Shown in pieces: positions 20,903 through 29,225 of a DNA stretch of 64,000 nucleotides. The position numbers were made by a program, and so were the translations under genes. Position 1 is the first letter of the stretch. The number at the start of each line of letters is the position of its first letter. Source of the stretch: Eubacteriales bacterium (lineage in GTDB: Bacteria > Bacillota > Clostridia > Oscillospirales > CAG-272); contig JAZTWO010000076.1 in assembly GCA_045635885.1 (NCBI GenBank), forward strand, positions 81,842 through 145,841, given 5' to 3'. The notes under the pieces were generated by a model that searched no databases, was not told where the DNA came from, and saw only the letters and a program-made list of their open reading frames with translations.

Positions 20903-21607
20903 ATGTTGAAAAATGAAAAAGTTGATTTTATACTATCAAAAGAAAAATATGATTTTAATGATTTGTGCTTAATTCTTGAGATTCTTCGTGGCGAGGGTGG
21001 TTGCCCTTGGGATAGAGAGCAAACTCATGAGAGTATCAGAAAGAATTTTATTGAAGAAACCTATGAGGTCATTGAAGCGATTGATAATAAAGATACTAAG
21101 TTGTTAAGAGAAGAGCTTGGTGATGTTATGCTTCAAGTTGTTTTTCACGCACAAATGGAGAAAGAACTCGGCAATTTTGATATGAATGACGTTGCAAATG
21201 ACGTTTGTTCAAAGCTTGTTCACAGACATCCCCATATTTTTGGTGACGTTAATGCAAATACTTCTCAAGAGGTGTTGAGCAACTGGGAAGCTATTAAAAA
21301 CGTTGAAAAAAGCAGAGAAACTGTTTATGATAAATTGGTTAGTGTGCCTGCGATGATGCCTGCTTTGATGAGGGCAGGAAAGGTATCTAAAAAATCGGGC
21401 GAATTTAAAGAATTTAGTAATTCTGAAATTTTATCTAAAATTCAATTGGCAACTGAAGAAATAAATAAAAACGCAGATAATATTTCAGGTGAAAAGCTTG
21501 GAAAATTGTTGTTTTTGATTTCTGCATTGTCAGAAAAATCAGGAATTGATGCCGAAGAATCCCTTTTTAAAACTACCAATGAATTTGTTGAAAAATACAA
21601 ATCCTAA
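20903..21607 (+). CDS. mazG: MazG-family nucleoside triphosphate pyrophosphohydrolase
   Basis: CPWDREQTHESIRKNFIEETYEVIEAI and EELGDVMLQVVFHAQ motifs. Confidence 0.88.
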   Translation: MLKNEKVDFILSKEKYDFNDLCLILEILRGEGGCPWDREQTHESIRKNFIEETYEVIEAIDNKDTKLLREELGDVMLQVVFHAQMEKELGNFDMNDVANDVCSKLVHRHPHIFGDVNANTSQEVLSNWEAIKNVEKSRETVYDKLVSVPAMMPALMRAGKVSKKSGEFKEFSNSEILSKIQLATEEINKNADNISGEKLGKLLFLISALSEKSGIDAEESLFKTTNEFVEKYKS

Positions 21608-21620
21608 TCTTTTGGTATAT

Positions 21621-21641
21621 AATGAACAAAATTTGTTCATT
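21621..21641 (+). terminator. Weak AT-rich hairpin after mazG
   Basis: AATGAACAA / TTGTTCATT inverted repeat. There is no strong U-run, so it may only be a partial terminator. Confidence 0.3.
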
Positions 21642-21730
21642 ATGTTTGTATATTAGCAACAAATCAAAATTTTTATGTTGAAAATACATAAAAAAATCGT
21701 TAAAAATTTAAGAAAAATTGCAAAAAACCC

Positions 21731-21759
21731 TTGCATTATCAAGGGTTTTGTGGTATTAT
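21731..21759 (+). promoter_or_regulatory. Sigma-A promoter for hbs
   Basis: TTGCAT (21731-21736), a 17-nt spacer, then TGgTATTAT (TATTAT 21754-21759). Confidence 0.55.
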
Positions 21760-21764
21760 ACTAT

Positions 21765-21783
21765 TGTAATGAATTTCATTACA
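21765..21783 (+). other. 5'-proximal stem-loop in the hbs leader
   Basis: TGTAATG / CATTACA 7-bp stem with a 5-nt loop, starting about 6 nt after the -10 box and therefore at the predicted 5' end of the mRNA. Confidence 0.4.
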
Positions 21784-21810
21784 TAATTTATGAAAGGTAA
21801 GGATTTAAAA

Positions 21811-22083
21811 ATGAACAAAGTACAATTGGTTGAAGCAGTTGCTGCTGCTGGTAAGCTTACAAAAAAAGATGCGGAGGTTGCTGTTAAAGCCGTTACAGAT
21901 TCTATCGTAGCTGCTCTTAAAGAAGGCGATAAGGTTCAGCTTGTTGGTTTCGGTACATTCGAAGTTAAAGAACGTGGCGAAAGAAAGGGTAGAAACCCCA
22001 AAACAGGTGAGGAAATTGTTATTCCTGCATCCAAGCATCCCACATTCACAGCTGGTAAGGCATTTAAGGACGCTGTAAACTAA
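21811..22083 (+). CDS. hup: Nucleoid protein HU
   Basis: 90 aa. [10 protein letters not shown]...[45 protein letters not shown] is canonical HU. The track's upstream ATG at 21790 adds 7 aa that are not typical of HU. Confidence 0.95.
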   Translation: MNKVQLVEAVAAAGKLTKKDAEVAVKAVTDSIVAALKEGDKVQLVGFGTFEVKERGERKGRNPKTGEEIVIPASKHPTFTAGKAFKDAVN

Positions 22084-22093
22084 TAAATATATA

Positions 22094-22123
22094 TTATGGG
22101 CGGCTAACCGCCCATAATTTTTG
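22094..22123 (+). terminator. Intrinsic terminator after hbs
   Basis: TTATGGGCGG / CCGCCCATAA 10-bp stem with a CTAA loop, followed by TTTTT. Confidence 0.8.
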
Positions 22124-22136
22124 ATTGGAGTTATTT

Positions 22137-22379
22137 ATGAGATTGGATAAATTTTTAAAGGTTTCAAGAATCATTAAAAGAAGAACTGTTGCTAACGAGG
22201 CATGCGATAATGCTCACGTTACTGTTAATGGTAAACCTGCAAAGGCATCATATGATGTGAAAGAAAATGATATTATTGAAATCACCTTTGGTAACAGAAC
22301 GTTGAAAATATGCGTTTTAGATGTCAAAGAACACGTTTTAAAAGAAGATGCATCATCTTTGTATAAGGTAATAACTTAA
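22137..22379 (+). CDS. yabO: S4-domain RNA-binding protein (YabO/Hsp15-like)
   Basis: MRLDKFLKVSRIIKRRTVANEA is an S4 motif. GGAG RBS lies 6 nt upstream of the ATG at 22137. The position before yabP matches B. subtilis. Confidence 0.82.
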   Translation: MRLDKFLKVSRIIKRRTVANEACDNAHVTVNGKPAKASYDVKENDIIEITFGNRTLKICVLDVKEHVLKEDASSLYKVIT

Positions 22380-22380
22380 T

Positions 22381-22409
22381 TCATAAAAAATACACCTTTA
22401 ACATACTTT
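22381..22409 (+). promoter_or_regulatory. Sigma-E-like sporulation promoter upstream of yabP
   Basis: TCATAAA (fits ZHATAXX), exactly 14 nt, then CATACTTT (6/8 to CATACAHT). B. subtilis yabP-yabQ-divIC is a mother-cell sigma-E operon. Confidence 0.35.
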
Positions 22410-22438
22410 TAAGTATAATCTGTTGGAGGTGTTTTTTT
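22385..22438 (+). terminator. Hairpin plus U-run after yabO; the 3' arm contains the yabP Shine-Dalgarno
   Basis: AAAAAA-t-ACACCT (22385-22397) pairs with AGGTGT-TTTTTT (22427-22438). The 3' arm carries the GGAGG region just before the ATG at 22439. Confidence 0.4.
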
Positions 22439-22726
22439 ATGCTTGAAAATAAGGGCATCGGTTCTAAAGTAATAAGCAATGTGATATTGAATTCAAGAGA
22501 AAGGTTGAGTATTAATGGAGTAAAAGAAATAATAAGCTTTGATGAAAATTATGTCAGTTTAAGAACTGTGTGTGGTGATTTAACAATTGACGGTGAAAAT
22601 ATACACATAAATGTTTTAAATATTGAAAAGGGCGAAGTTGAAATGACAGGGAAAATTAGCTCACTAAATTATTATGATTCTCGTAATGGAGAAAAAACAT
22701 CCCTAATTTCTAAAATTTTCAGATGA
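22439..22726 (+). CDS. yabP: Sporulation protein YabP
   Basis: ERLSINGVKEIISFDENYVSLRTVCGDLTIDGENIHINVLNIEKGEVEMTGKISSLNY closely matches the YabP beta-barrel family. Confidence 0.88.
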   Translation: MLENKGIGSKVISNVILNSRERLSINGVKEIISFDENYVSLRTVCGDLTIDGENIHINVLNIEKGEVEMTGKISSLNYYDSRNGEKTSLISKIFR

Positions 22727-23184
22727 TGAATGATATAGTTGTTCAGATGTTTAAATCGTTAATAATTTCAATTTTGCTTGGAATTATTTTGTCATTTTTT
22801 ATTGCATTTTTTAAAACTGTTTTTTTAGAAATGGGTTTTGTGAAAAATAAAATAGGGATATTTTTTCTTGATCTGACATATATCATTTTATTTACCTTAA
22901 TATTGATTTTGCTCATATATTATGCTTGTGATGGTAGATTTAGGGGGATGTATATTTTCACGCTCTTATTCGGATCTCTAATCTATAATCGCATATTAGC
23001 AAAATCATGTGGATTTGTTTTTAGAGTATTATTGTTCCCAATTAAAGTCGTTATAAAGTTTATATACAAATGGTGCAAAAATATTATTAATTTTTTCTTT
23101 CAGGGTATTGCAAAATTTTTAAGTAGGTTGTATAATAAATATATAAAAAGTAGGAAGTTGGAAACAATATCAGAAAGGAAGTAA
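22723..23184 (+). CDS. yabQ: Spore cortex biosynthesis protein YabQ-like membrane protein
   Basis: ATGA overlap with yabP. There are 4-5 hydrophobic helices and it holds the conserved position between yabP and divIC. Confidence 0.68.
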   Translation: MMNDIVVQMFKSLIISILLGIILSFFIAFFKTVFLEMGFVKNKIGIFFLDLTYIILFTLILILLIYYACDGRFRGMYIFTLLFGSLIYNRILAKSCGFVFRVLLFPIKVVIKFIYKWCKNIINFFFQGIAKFLSRLYNKYIKSRKLETISERK

Positions 23185-23185
23185 A

Positions 23186-23485
23186 GTGCGTATTTTTTCT
23201 AAAATAAAATCTAAAAATGTTAAAAGAATGCCAACGTATCTTTTGGTTGTCTTTGTGGCAATTTTGCTTGTTGTTGCCTTGATAACTGCGGCTAATAATT
23301 TTATGGAATATATTTCAATAAAAGAAGAAAATGAAAAATTAATTGAAGTTCGAAATAATAAATTACTTGAAATAGATGAATTGAAATATTATGTTCAAAC
23401 TCAAATAGACGACGAGTATAAAGAAAGAATGGCAAGATTACTTGGATATTGCTACCCTGATGAAATTATATATTATATAGAATAA
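23186..23485 (+). CDS. divIC: Septum formation initiator (FtsB/DivIC family)
   Basis: 99 aa with one TM helix followed by a coiled coil (EENEKLIEVRNNKLLEIDELKYYV). GTG start after an AGGAAG RBS. Synteny with yabQ. Confidence 0.72.
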   Translation: MRIFSKIKSKNVKRMPTYLLVVFVAILLVVALITAANNFMEYISIKEENEKLIEVRNNKLLEIDELKYYVQTQIDDEYKERMARLLGYCYPDEIIYYIE

Positions 23486-23499
23486 AGAGGAAGTAACAA

Positions 23500-24396
23500 A
23501 TGTTTGATGTATTAATTATAGGCGGTGGTCCAGCAGGTCTTTCAACGGCAATTTATGCTAAAAGAGCAGGTCTTTCGGTTGCCGTTTTAGATAAGGGGGC
23601 TTCTGAATGCCAAATAACAAAGGCGGTTGAAGTTGAAAATTATCTTGGATTTAAGTCAATTAGTGGAATCGATTTGCATTCTCAATTTGTTGAACATGTA
23701 AAGGCAAATGATATTCAAATTATCAAAAAAGGTGTTGTTTCTGTTGAAAAGACAGAGTTTGGATTTAAGGTTTACACTAAAAAAGATGAATTTGAATGCA
23801 AAAAGCTTGTTTTAGCAATGGGTAGATCTCATAAACATCTTGGTGTTGAGGGCGAAGAACAGTTTGCAGGAGCAGGTGTTTCATATTGTGCAACTTGTGA
23901 TGGATATTTCTTTAAGGATAAAGTTGTGTGTGTGGTTGGCGGTGGTGATAGCGCGGTTAGCCAAGCTATTTATCTTTCCGCATTTTGCAAAAAAGTATAT
24001 TTAATTCATAGAAGAGATACATTCAGAGCTGCAAATTATCTTGTTGAAAGAGCAAACCAAAAAGATAATATTGAGCTTGTGCTTAACGCAAGTGTAGATG
24101 CTATTTGTGGCGAAAATTTCGTTTCATCTGTTAATGTTATTCAAGATGGTCACAATCGCATAATAGAATGTGACGGAGTTTTTGGGGCTATTGGAGAGCA
24201 ACCCAATTTGAAGTTTGAAATTGGGGGACTTAATAAAGCACCTAACGGTCAGATATTAACTGACAATTACTGTAGAACAAATATTGATAATCTCTACGCA
24301 GTTGGCGACATTAGAGAAAGAGAAGTTTATCAAATTATAACTGCGGTTGCTGATGGTGCTTTGGCAGTGGAAGGTATCCTTAAAGAACAAATGTAA
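23500..24396 (+). CDS. trxB: Thioredoxin-disulfide reductase
   Basis: GGGPAG FAD motif, CATCDG redox-active disulfide, GGGDSA NADPH motif. 298 aa. Confidence 0.92.
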   Translation: MFDVLIIGGGPAGLSTAIYAKRAGLSVAVLDKGASECQITKAVEVENYLGFKSISGIDLHSQFVEHVKANDIQIIKKGVVSVEKTEFGFKVYTKKDEFECKKLVLAMGRSHKHLGVEGEEQFAGAGVSYCATCDGYFFKDKVVCVVGGGDSAVSQAIYLSAFCKKVYLIHRRDTFRAANYLVERANQKDNIELVLNASVDAICGENFVSSVNVIQDGHNRIIECDGVFGAIGEQPNLKFEIGGLNKAPNGQILTDNYCRTNIDNLYAVGDIREREVYQIITAVADGALAVEGILKEQM

Positions 24397-24422
24397 TAAA
24401 TAAAAACAAAAGCTCATATATT
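24394..24422 (+). promoter_or_regulatory. Sigma-E-like promoter upstream of the D,D-carboxypeptidase gene
   Basis: TAATAAA (perfect ZHATAXX), exactly 14 nt, then CATATATT (6/8 to CATACAHT). It overlaps the trxB stop codon. Confidence 0.3.
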
Positions 24423-24468
24423 TCATTAAAAAGATTTAGGAGATGAAATAATGAGCTTTTTATTTTTT
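24408..24468 (+). terminator. trxB intrinsic terminator whose 3' arm contains the dac start codon
   Basis: The 19-nt arm AAAAGCTCATATATTTCAT (24408-24426) pairs over 18 bp, with one bulged A, to ATGAAATAATGAGCTTTT (24443-24460). The 16-nt loop carries AGGAG. A TATTTTTT run follows. Confidence 0.55.
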
Positions 24469-25617
24469 AAAAAATTTGTTTGCATTGCTTTGTGTGTGAT
24501 TTTATTAATATCCTTTGGATTTGTCAACGTACAGGCAAAAAATATTGAGTCAGAAGGTCAAATGCAATTTGATTGCAAAAGTGCGGTTTTGATGGAAGCT
24601 ACCACGGGCACCGTGCTTTATGAATACAATTCTAATGCGGCTTTGCCGCCTGCTTCTGTAACTAAAATTATGACATTGCTTTTAGTAATGGAAGAGATTG
24701 AAAAGGGAAATTTGTATTATGATGATATAATAACTACAAGTGCTTATGCCGCTTCTATGGGTGGCTCGCAGGTATATTTAAAAGAGGGCGAGCAAATGAG
24801 TGCAGAGGATATGATAAAAAGTGTTGTTATCGCCTCTGCCAATGATGCCGCAGTTGCACTTGCAGAGCATATTTGTGGATCTGAACAATTATTTGTTCAA
24901 AGAATGAATGTAAGAGCGAAAGAATTGGGAATGAATAATACATATTTTGAAAATACCAACGGGCTTGACGATACCGCAAACAATCACTTAACAAGTGCTA
25001 TGGATATTGCGATAATGTCAAGAGAGTTGATTAAGCATGAGGATATACTTAAATATAGTTCAACTTGGATGGATTCAATCAGAAACGGAGAATTTGTGTT
25101 GACTAATACAAACCGTTTAGTAAGGTTTTATAATGGTGCAACAGGATTAAAAACCGGATCAACCTCTAAAGCTATGTTTTGCGTTAGCGCAACTGCTAAA
25201 CGTGGAAATATGCATTTGATTTGCGTTGTAATGGGTGCACCAAGCAGTGCAGTTAGAAATTCAATTGCTACTGAATTATTGAACTGGGGATTTTCAAATT
25301 TTGAATTGTATTTAGACTCATCAGAAAAATTAACTCCCATAAAAGTTAGTGGTGGTATGGAAGATAAGTGCCATATATATTCTGAAGAATTTGCTATGGT
25401 TGTCAAAAAAGGAAGTGCATCACAGATAGAAAAACGATATGAAATACCGTCAAAAATGAATGCTCCTATAGATATATATGACCGAGTGGGAACCATTGGA
25501 TATTACATAGATAATCAAAAAATAGGTGAATCCAACGTTTTCTCGGAAGAAAATATTGAAAAAATTGACTTTTTAGGTTTATTTTTGAGAATATTGTCAA
25601 AATTTCTTCTAAAATGA
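24451..25617 (+). CDS. D-alanyl-D-alanine carboxypeptidase (peptidase S11, low-MW PBP)
   Basis: Signal peptide, SVTKIMT (SxxK), SANDAA (SxN) and KTGST (KTG) motifs. Confidence 0.92.
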   Translation: MSFLFFKKFVCIALCVILLISFGFVNVQAKNIESEGQMQFDCKSAVLMEATTGTVLYEYNSNAALPPASVTKIMTLLLVMEEIEKGNLYYDDIITTSAYAASMGGSQVYLKEGEQMSAEDMIKSVVIASANDAAVALAEHICGSEQLFVQRMNVRAKELGMNNTYFENTNGLDDTANNHLTSAMDIAIMSRELIKHEDILKYSSTWMDSIRNGEFVLTNTNRLVRFYNGATGLKTGSTSKAMFCVSATAKRGNMHLICVVMGAPSSAVRNSIATELLNWGFSNFELYLDSSEKLTPIKVSGGMEDKCHIYSEEFAMVVKKGSASQIEKRYEIPSKMNAPIDIYDRVGTIGYYIDNQKIGESNVFSEENIEKIDFLGLFLRILSKFLLK

Positions 25618-25693
25618 TAAATTTCCTCTTGCTTTTTTTGATAAAAAGTAGTAAAATAATTAACAGTTGATTTTAGAAGGGAAACATAAAAAA

Positions 25694-27028
25694 ATGACAC
25701 TTAAATTAAATGACAAATACTTGAAAAATTTTATTTCTGAACACGAATATGCTTGCATTGCACCTCAGGTTGCTGTTGCAGATAAAATGCTTAGAGAAAA
25801 AACAGGTGCAGGTAATGACTTCCTTGGTTGGATGGATCTTCCTACAAACTATGACAAGGAAGAATTTGATAGAATTAAAGTTGCCGCAAAAAGAATTCAG
25901 TCAGATTGCGATGCATTCATTGTAATCGGTATTGGTGGTTCTTATCTTGGCGCAAGAGCAGTTATTGATTTTCTTAACAGCGCTGAGCGTAAGGATAGAG
26001 AAAAGACTCCCGATATATATTATGCGGGATGTAACATCAGTGCTTCTGCACTTAATGAGCTTCTCTATATTTGTGAGCACAAAAACGTGTGCATTAACGT
26101 AATTTCCAAATCAGGCACTACAACTGAGCCTGCGGTAGCATTTAGAATTCTTCGCGCTTTCCTTGAAAAGAAATACGGAGTTGAGGAAGCTAAAAAGAGA
26201 ATTTACGTTACAACCGATAAAGCACGCGGAACACTTAAGGCATTCTCAACTCAGCAGGGATATGAAACTTTTGTAGTTCCTGATGATGTTGGCGGTAGAT
26301 TTTCAGTTCTCACTGCTGTAGGACTTCTTCCCATCGCAGTTGCAGGTATTGATATTGATGCTCTTATGCAGGGTGCTAATGATGCGAGAATTGCATATTC
26401 AAGCTCCGACCTTTATCAGAACGATGCTTATAAGTATGCGGCTATGAGAAACATTCTTTATCGCAAGGGTAAAAGCGTTGAACTTCTTGTTGGATATGAG
26501 CCTTTCGTTGGAATGATTCAAGAGTGGTGGAAGCAGCTTTACGGCGAAAGTGAAGGTAAGGACGGAAAGGGAATTTTCCCTGCATCCGTAATTTTCTCAA
26601 CTGATCTTCACTCACTTGGTCAGTATATTCAAGAGGGCCAGAGAGTACTTTTTGAAACTGTTCTTTCAATCAATGATACAAAGAGCACATTTGCAATTCC
26701 TTATGACGAGGCTAATATTGACGGACTTAACTTCCTTGCAGGTAGAGATATTAACGAGATTAAGCAAACCGCTATGAAAGCAACTCAGTTTGCTCATATC
26801 GATGGCGGTGTGCCTAACATTCATATTGAACTTGCGGAACGCAGTGAGTATAGCCTTGGATATTTGATTTACTTCTTTGAGCTTGCTTGTGCTATGTCGG
26901 GTTACCTTCTTGGTGTTAATCCTTTCGACCAACCCGGTGTTGAAGCATATAAGAAAAATATGTTTGCAATGCTTGGAAAACCCGGTTATGAGGATTTGAG
27001 AAAGGCACTTGAAGAAAGAAATATGTAA
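25694..27028 (+). CDS. pgi: Glucose-6-phosphate isomerase
   Basis: About 445 aa Firmicute-type PGI with [21 protein letters not shown] and [14 protein letters not shown] motifs. The ATG at 25694 is preferred over the track's non-ATG start at 25667. Confidence 0.95.
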   Translation: MTLKLNDKYLKNFISEHEYACIAPQVAVADKMLREKTGAGNDFLGWMDLPTNYDKEEFDRIKVAAKRIQSDCDAFIVIGIGGSYLGARAVIDFLNSAERKDREKTPDIYYAGCNISASALNELLYICEHKNVCINVISKSGTTTEPAVAFRILRAFLEKKYGVEEAKKRIYVTTDKARGTLKAFSTQQGYETFVVPDDVGGRFSVLTAVGLLPIAVAGIDIDALMQGANDARIAYSSSDLYQNDAYKYAAMRNILYRKGKSVELLVGYEPFVGMIQEWWKQLYGESEGKDGKGIFPASVIFSTDLHSLGQYIQEGQRVLFETVLSINDTKSTFAIPYDEANIDGLNFLAGRDINEIKQTAMKATQFAHIDGGVPNIHIELAERSEYSLGYLIYFFELACAMSGYLLGVNPFDQPGVEAYKKNMFAMLGKPGYEDLRKALEERNM

Positions 27029-27086
27029 AGTTTTCATTTTTTGAAAATTTTGTGCATATTTTTGGGTAATTTTTTATAAAAACTAC

Positions 27087-27115
27087 TTGCAATTTATCTT
27101 TCTATAGTGTATAAT
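27087..27115 (+). promoter_or_regulatory. Sigma-A promoter for the 135-aa P-loop gene
   Basis: TTGCAA (27087-27092), a 17-nt spacer, then TATAAT (27110-27115). Confidence 0.55.
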
Positions 27116-27166
27116 TAATACATAAAGAAGCTAAATGCTTCAATAACTTCCTGGAGGTAATTTATT

Positions 27167-27574
27167 ATGGTGAAATTGATAATTGGCGTTAAGGGTACAG
27201 GCAAAACAAAAACTCTTATCGAAATGGTTAACAACGCACAAAACAATACAAAAGGTTGTGTAGTTTGCATTGAAAAGGGCAACAAATTGCGTTATGACAT
27301 TAACAGCCAAATAAGACTTATAGATACAGTTGAATACTTGGTAGCAGATGCTCAGGCACTTTTCGGCTTTGTAGCAGGCATTTTGGCAAGCAACTATGAC
27401 GTTACTGATATTTTCATCGACTCTTGCTTGAAGATTTGCAATGAAGACGTTGCTGCTTTTGAAAAGTTCTTGCTTGAAATCGAAGCGCTTTCTCTTAAGA
27501 ATGAGGTTAACGTTGTTATCACATCCTCTTTGCCTGAAGAGAATATGACAGAAGTAATGAAAAAGTACGTTTAA
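27167..27574 (+). CDS. Minimal (135 aa) P-loop NTPase-like protein, function unknown
   Basis: Walker A GVKGTGKT at residues 7-14 and a Walker-B-like hydrophobic strand ending in Asp (VTDIFIDS). GGAGG RBS, with its own promoter and terminator. Confidence 0.6.
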   Translation: MVKLIIGVKGTGKTKTLIEMVNNAQNNTKGCVVCIEKGNKLRYDINSQIRLIDTVEYLVADAQALFGFVAGILASNYDVTDIFIDSCLKICNEDVAAFEKFLLEIEALSLKNEVNVVITSSLPEENMTEVMKKYV

Positions 27575-27584
27575 TATACATTTA

Positions 27585-27615
27585 ATAGCTCAGTCGTTAG
27601 ATTGAGCTATTTTTG
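27585..27615 (+). terminator. Intrinsic terminator after the P-loop gene
   Basis: ATAGCTCA / TGAGCTAT stem followed by TTTT. Confidence 0.7.
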
Positions 27616-27644
27616 TTGACAAAACTTAAATATAGTGCTATAAT
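27616..27644 (+). promoter_or_regulatory. Perfect-consensus sigma-A promoter (TTGACA-17-TATAAT)
   Basis: TTGACA at 27616-27621, a 17-nt spacer, TATAAT at 27639-27644, about 30 nt upstream of the ATG at 27675. Confidence 0.65.
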
Positions 27645-27674
27645 AAAAACATAGTTTTAAAAAGGAGTTTGCCT

Positions 27675-28277
27675 ATGAATAAAATTATCACTATTGGCCG
27701 TGAATTTGGTAGCGGTGGACGAGAATTTGGCAGAAGACTTGCTGAAGAATTGGGAATTGAATATTACGATAAAGAAATCATTGCTGCAATAGCTGAAAAA
27801 ACATCTATGTCGCAAGAATATGTTCAAGAAATTTTAGAAGGAAAGCCACATCATCTCTATCCAATAACCATAGGTCAAAGCATGTTGATAGCGGATAACT
27901 TCTATATTCAACAAGAGCAATCCATTTATCTTGCACAAAGTGAGATAATCAGAGATCTTGCTCAAAAGTCAAGTTGTGTTATCGTTGGTAGATGTGCCGA
28001 CTTTATTTTGAAGGATCTTAAACCTTATAGGATATTTGTTTATGCCGATATAGAGAGCCGAGTTAAAAGATGTATGCAAAGAAATCCCGACTCAATGAAG
28101 CATCTAACTGAAAAAGAAATCAGAAAGCAGATTCACTCAATCGACAAAAACAGGGCAAAATATTACGATTATTATACAGGAAACAAATGGGGCGACAAAA
28201 ACAACTATGACCTTTGTGTAAACACAACAGGTCTTGTTATAAAAGAAATTGTTCCTGCAATTGCCAAAATGTTTTAA
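27675..28277 (+). CDS. Cytidylate-kinase-like family protein (P-loop, uncharacterised)
   Basis: ITIGREFGSGGREFGRRLAEELGIEYYDKEI N-terminus is typical of the cytidylate kinase-like (AAA_33-type) family common in Clostridia. AAAGGAG RBS. Confidence 0.8.
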   Translation: MNKIITIGREFGSGGREFGRRLAEELGIEYYDKEIIAAIAEKTSMSQEYVQEILEGKPHHLYPITIGQSMLIADNFYIQQEQSIYLAQSEIIRDLAQKSSCVIVGRCADFILKDLKPYRIFVYADIESRVKRCMQRNPDSMKHLTEKEIRKQIHSIDKNRAKYYDYYTGNKWGDKNNYDLCVNTTGLVIKEIVPAIAKMF

Positions 28278-28286
28278 TTTATTTCA

Positions 28287-28319
28287 AGCTCTGCCGTTTT
28301 TAACGGCAGAGCTTTTTTT
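28287..28319 (+). terminator. Intrinsic terminator
   Basis: AGCTCTGCCGTT / AACGGCAGAGCT 12-bp stem followed by T7. Confidence 0.85.
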
Positions 28320-28376
28320 ATTTGTAACTCTCTGTATTTATTTTAATATAATGTAGTAAAGGCAAGGAGGTGGAAT

Positions 28377-29225
28377 ATGGAAATTTTATTTTTGGGCGGA
28401 GATATGCGACAAAAATATGCAAGTGACTACATTAATAAACACAAGCATCAATCAAAAGCATATCTTAATTTTTCTATTTCTGAAATAGAGGGAGATATAT
28501 TAAAAGCGGACGTGATTGCTTTTCCTTTACCTGCTACAAATGATGGAATTAATATAAATATGCCAACTCACAAAGAAAACGCAATTGCTATTAATGATGT
28601 GGTTAATTTAATATCGATAAATAAGATTATTACAGGTGGCAAATTTCCCGAAGAAACTAAAAAACTTGCAATGCAAACTAATAAGAAAATTTGTGACTAT
28701 ATGGATATTGAGACATTTCAAATAAAAAATGCATTACTTTCTGCAGAGGGAGCAATTTATTATGCCAAGCAGAGAATTGATAAAAGTATTCACGGAGCAA
28801 AAATTGCGGTTTTGGGATGTGGCAGAATTGGTAAAATTTTGGCTTATTTATTGCGTAGTCAAGGAGCTATGGTTACTGTTATAGCAAGAAAAGATACAGA
28901 CCTTACTTGGAGTGAAATAATTGGTTATAACATAAAACGACTTACAACTAAAAACACCCGAGCAAACAATAAATTTGATATTATTTTTAACACAATACCT
29001 TATCACATTTTAGATGAAGAGTTTGCAAAAACAGTGGATAAAAATGTGCTGATAATTGACCTTGCATCTACACCTTATGGAATTGATGAGCTATTGGTAA
29101 AAGAAAACAATTTGAATTATTATAGAGAACTTGGAATTCCGGGAAGATATGCACCTAAAAGCGCAGGTGAGATTATAGCACAAACAATTATTAATAATAT
29201 ACTGATAAAGGAGGACTTCTCTTGA
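28377..29225 (+). CDS. dpaA: Dipicolinate synthase subunit A
   Basis: LGGDMRQ N-terminus and VLGCGRIGK NAD-binding motif. It is followed by, and overlaps, dpaB. Confidence 0.87.
   Translation: MEILFLGGDMRQKYASDYINKHKHQSKAYLNFSISEIEGDILKADVIAFPLPATNDGININMPTHKENAIAINDVVNLISINKIITGGKFPEETKKLAMQTNKKICDYMDIETFQIKNALLSAEGAIYYAKQRIDKSIHGAKIAVLGCGRIGKILAYLLRSQGAMVTVIARKDTDLTWSEIIGYNIKRLTTKNTRANNKFDIIFNTIPYHILDEEFAKTVDKNVLIIDLASTPYGIDELLVKENNLNYYRELGIPGRYAPKSAGEIIAQTIINNILIKEDFS

Noticed and set aside
27035-27049. CATTTTTTGAAAATT, a 13/15 match to the CodY box AATTTTCWGAAAATT, just after pgi.
   Set aside because: Such AT-rich near-matches are expected by chance in this genome. It is also part of a weak TTTTCA/TGAAAA hairpin after the pgi stop and lies about 40 nt upstream of the -35 of the next promoter.
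28320-28376. Looked for a sigma-K promoter (AC-17-CATANNNTA) upstream of dpaA.
   Set aside because: No CATA element is present. The best alignment (aATAtaaTg) misses the key C and the final A, and a sigma-A-like TTGTAA...TATAAT has a 19-nt spacer. The promoter is left unassigned.
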